Origin: an uncultured candidatus Brocadiaceae bacterium | GTDB taxonomy: Bacteria; Planctomycetota; Brocadiia; SM23-32 | NCBI GenBank assembly: GCA_964655775.1 | Contig: CAZZNQ010000006.1 | Location: 14,534-78,533, forward strand | Length of the DNA: 64,000 nt | Direction: 5' to 3' | Notes under the pieces: model-generated | Seen by the model: the letters and a program-made list of their open reading frames with translations, nothing else | The model's database searches: none | Told to the model about the DNA's origin: nothing | Shown: positions 62,730 to 64,000 of the stretch, piece by piece | Layout: each line of letters starts with the position of its first letter | Position numbering within the stretch: position 1 is the first letter of the stretch | Translations under genes and position numbers: made by a program

Positions 62730-64000
62730 TTACTGGCCCCAGTAGTCCCGGCCGGCCGGGTTGTCGAACACCCGGCTGAATGTCGTTCCTATCTTCACAA
62801 GGTCGCCGGTATCGTGAGTGTCGGCTGCGGTCCCGCGTTGGCCACGTCCTTCCGGGGGCACCACGAAGTATCCGCCCTGGGGGTCCACCTCGTAGCGATC
62901 GTAGCGCATCCACTCGTCCCCCGCGTCGTCCTCTATCAGCAGGTAGGGCCACTCCGGGTTCAGCACCGGCTGCGCACCGGCCACTTCGATGTCCACTGCG
63001 CCGCTTGCGGGCACGTTCGAGCGCAGCCGCAACGGGTTCGGATCGCGCATCTTCTCCGGCGGTTCCACCACCAGCACCATCATCAGCGAGCGCGGGAACA
63101 CATTGTCGCGCACGTAGTCCTCGTCCTCGCCGTTGTCCTCGGTATCGAAATCGCTGTTTGTATCCGGGTAGTAGTTGGTGGTTACGCCGCTGAGCCAGGG
63201 CACCGAGTCCCAATACACCGTGCCCCAGTCCATCGCGAACGGCGGAGTCGGCCAGTCGGTGAAGTCGCGGTCCAGGTCGCCGTTTATGCGGTCGCTGTCC
63301 CAGGTCGGCACAGGCGCGCAGTCGTCGCGCGTGTAGGAGTTCACCCACTTCTGAAAGTCCTCCGTCGGATCCCAGAGGGTGCGATCCGGGTCGATGGTCG
63401 GCCACCAGAAATCTCGCGGGCTGTTCTCCCAATCCACGCTGGTGTACTGCGATCGGCACCAGATGCCCATGTAGAGCACGTTCTCGGCCAGCGGCAAGGC
63501 CACGCCGGGCCATCCGGCGGCCGTATTGCCGACGATCTTGTCCTGCGCATCGGAATCGTCGGCATCGTCGATGTGGGCGTTGCTGAAAAGGCTGCATCCC
63601 GCCTCGTCAATATCAAGGTCCTGGCCGATGGGCGAGAGCACCGCCCGGTACAGCGTGCGCCGACCGCCGGCCCGCCCCATCAGGTAGGCCACCTCGCACA
63701 TGCCCTCCAGGGGCATCAGGTCCTCGTCGATCAGCCCGTCGTCGTCGTCATCGCGCAGGTTGTAGATCTCCTCGTCGATCTCGCCGCCGCTGTCGTTGTC
63801 GTTGTCTACCCCGTCGCCCGCCTGGCGCAGGCGCGGGTTCACCGCGTCGTCGGGGATGCCGCGCACGAACCGCAGCCGCTGGCGGCCGCGCTGGTCGAAA
63901 TCCACCCAGAACTTCACGCGCGTGTCGAACGCGTCGGCGTCCTGTCCCCAGAACTGGTTCTTGGCGGCGCCCAGGTCGTCCTGAAGCTGCTGGAAGGCGA
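62730..64000 (-). CDS. hypothetical Asp-rich (putative Ca-binding) protein, 5' end outside the window; probably part of the pseudopilin cluster
   Basis: The frame stays open from stop 62730 past the ORF-track GTG (63917) to the window edge; the upstream in-frame codons read ...AFQQLQDDLGAAKNQFWGQDADAFDTR. It contains the acidic tract GDGVDNDNDSGGEIDEEIYNLRDDDDDGLIDED. Confidence 0.6.
   Translation of the reverse strand, partial: AFQQLQDDLGAAKNQFWGQDADAFDTRVKFWVDFDQRGRQRLRFVRGIPDDAVNPRLRQAGDGVDNDNDSGGEIDEEIYNLRDDDDDGLIDEDLMPLEGMCEVAYLMGRAGGRRTLYRAVLSPIGQDLDIDEAGCSLFSNAHIDDADDSDAQDKIVGNTAAGWPGVALPLAENVLYMGIWCRSQYTSVDWENSPRDFWWPTIDPDRTLWDPTEDFQKWVNSYTRDDCAPVPTWDSDRINGDLDRDFTDWPTPPFAMDWGTVYWDSVPWLSGVTTNYYPDTNSDFDTEDNGEDEDYVRDNVFPRSLMMVLVVEPPEKMRDPNPLRLRSNVPASGAVDIEVAGAQPVLNPEWPYLLIEDDAGDEWMRYDRYEVDPQGGYFVVPPEGRGQRGTAADTHDTGDLVKIGTTFSRVFDNPAGRDYWGQ

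Noticed and set aside
1-64000. A search for CRISPR arrays, transposases/integrases, inverted-repeat-bounded mobile elements, rRNA and prophage genes.
   Set aside because: No regularly spaced short direct repeats were seen. There were no DDE, tyrosine or serine recombinase-like ORFs and no rRNA-like conserved stretches. The only long nucleotide repeat is the intragenic sulfatase-paralog tract.

Overview
This is a gene-dense, high-GC (about 65% by eye, not computed) bacterial chromosomal segment. I support about 48 protein-coding genes. I found no rRNA, tRNA, CRISPR array, transposase or integrase.

The gene content points to a polysaccharide-degrading bacterium of PVC-like lifestyle; this is inference only. 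It includes sulfatase-family genes, Gfo/Idh/MocA oxidoreductases paired with a xylose-isomerase-like TIM barrel, beta-helix proteins, GH43, an esterase, prepilin-type N-terminal proteins and a giant ANK/LRR protein.

Layout:
- 1-0.85 kb: mlaC (partial) and mlaA.
- 0.86-12.7 kb: an 11-gene minus-strand sugar/sulfatase-like block.
- 12.9-17.4 kb: a stand-alone acetyl-CoA synthase (A-cluster) homolog, an unknown lipoprotein and ilvC.
- 17.4-24.2 kb: a Tat/FGly sulfatase, a 927-aa unknown secreted protein and a purple-acid-phosphatase-like enzyme.
- 24.75-33.1 kb: an apparently lower-GC block with a 1548-aa ANK-LRR-ANK protein, a second ANK protein and small membrane proteins.
- 33.1-42.4 kb: URO-D-family protein, beta-carbonic anhydrase, alkaline phosphatase, beta-helix protein, GH43 and an esterase.
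- 42.6-45.3 kb: an ECF sigma/anti-sigma/secreted-protein operon.
- 45.6-51.8 kb: membrane proteins, phosphoesterase, a second URO-D paralog and an S9 peptidase.
- 51.8-59 kb: a signalling cluster (TPR-REC-4xPAS, a Ser/Thr kinase fused to a degenerate M48-like membrane domain, RseC-like, GAF-PAS).
- 59-64 kb: ribBA, an epimerase and pseudopilin-like genes.

Most interesting observations:
- The orphan ACS homolog keeps the complete A-cluster cysteine pattern but has no CODH or corrinoid partners in the window.
- A Ser/Thr kinase is fused to what looks like a catalytically dead M48 protease domain.
- A consensus sigma70 promoter precedes a 160-240 nt unassigned leader that could be an ncRNA.
- A 314-bp perfectly identical gene-conversion tract links two tandem sulfatase-family paralogs. 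Both lack the formylglycine motif and have no signal peptide.
- The ANK-LRR-ANK accessory block.

All functional calls come from motif recognition by eye. No database searches were run.
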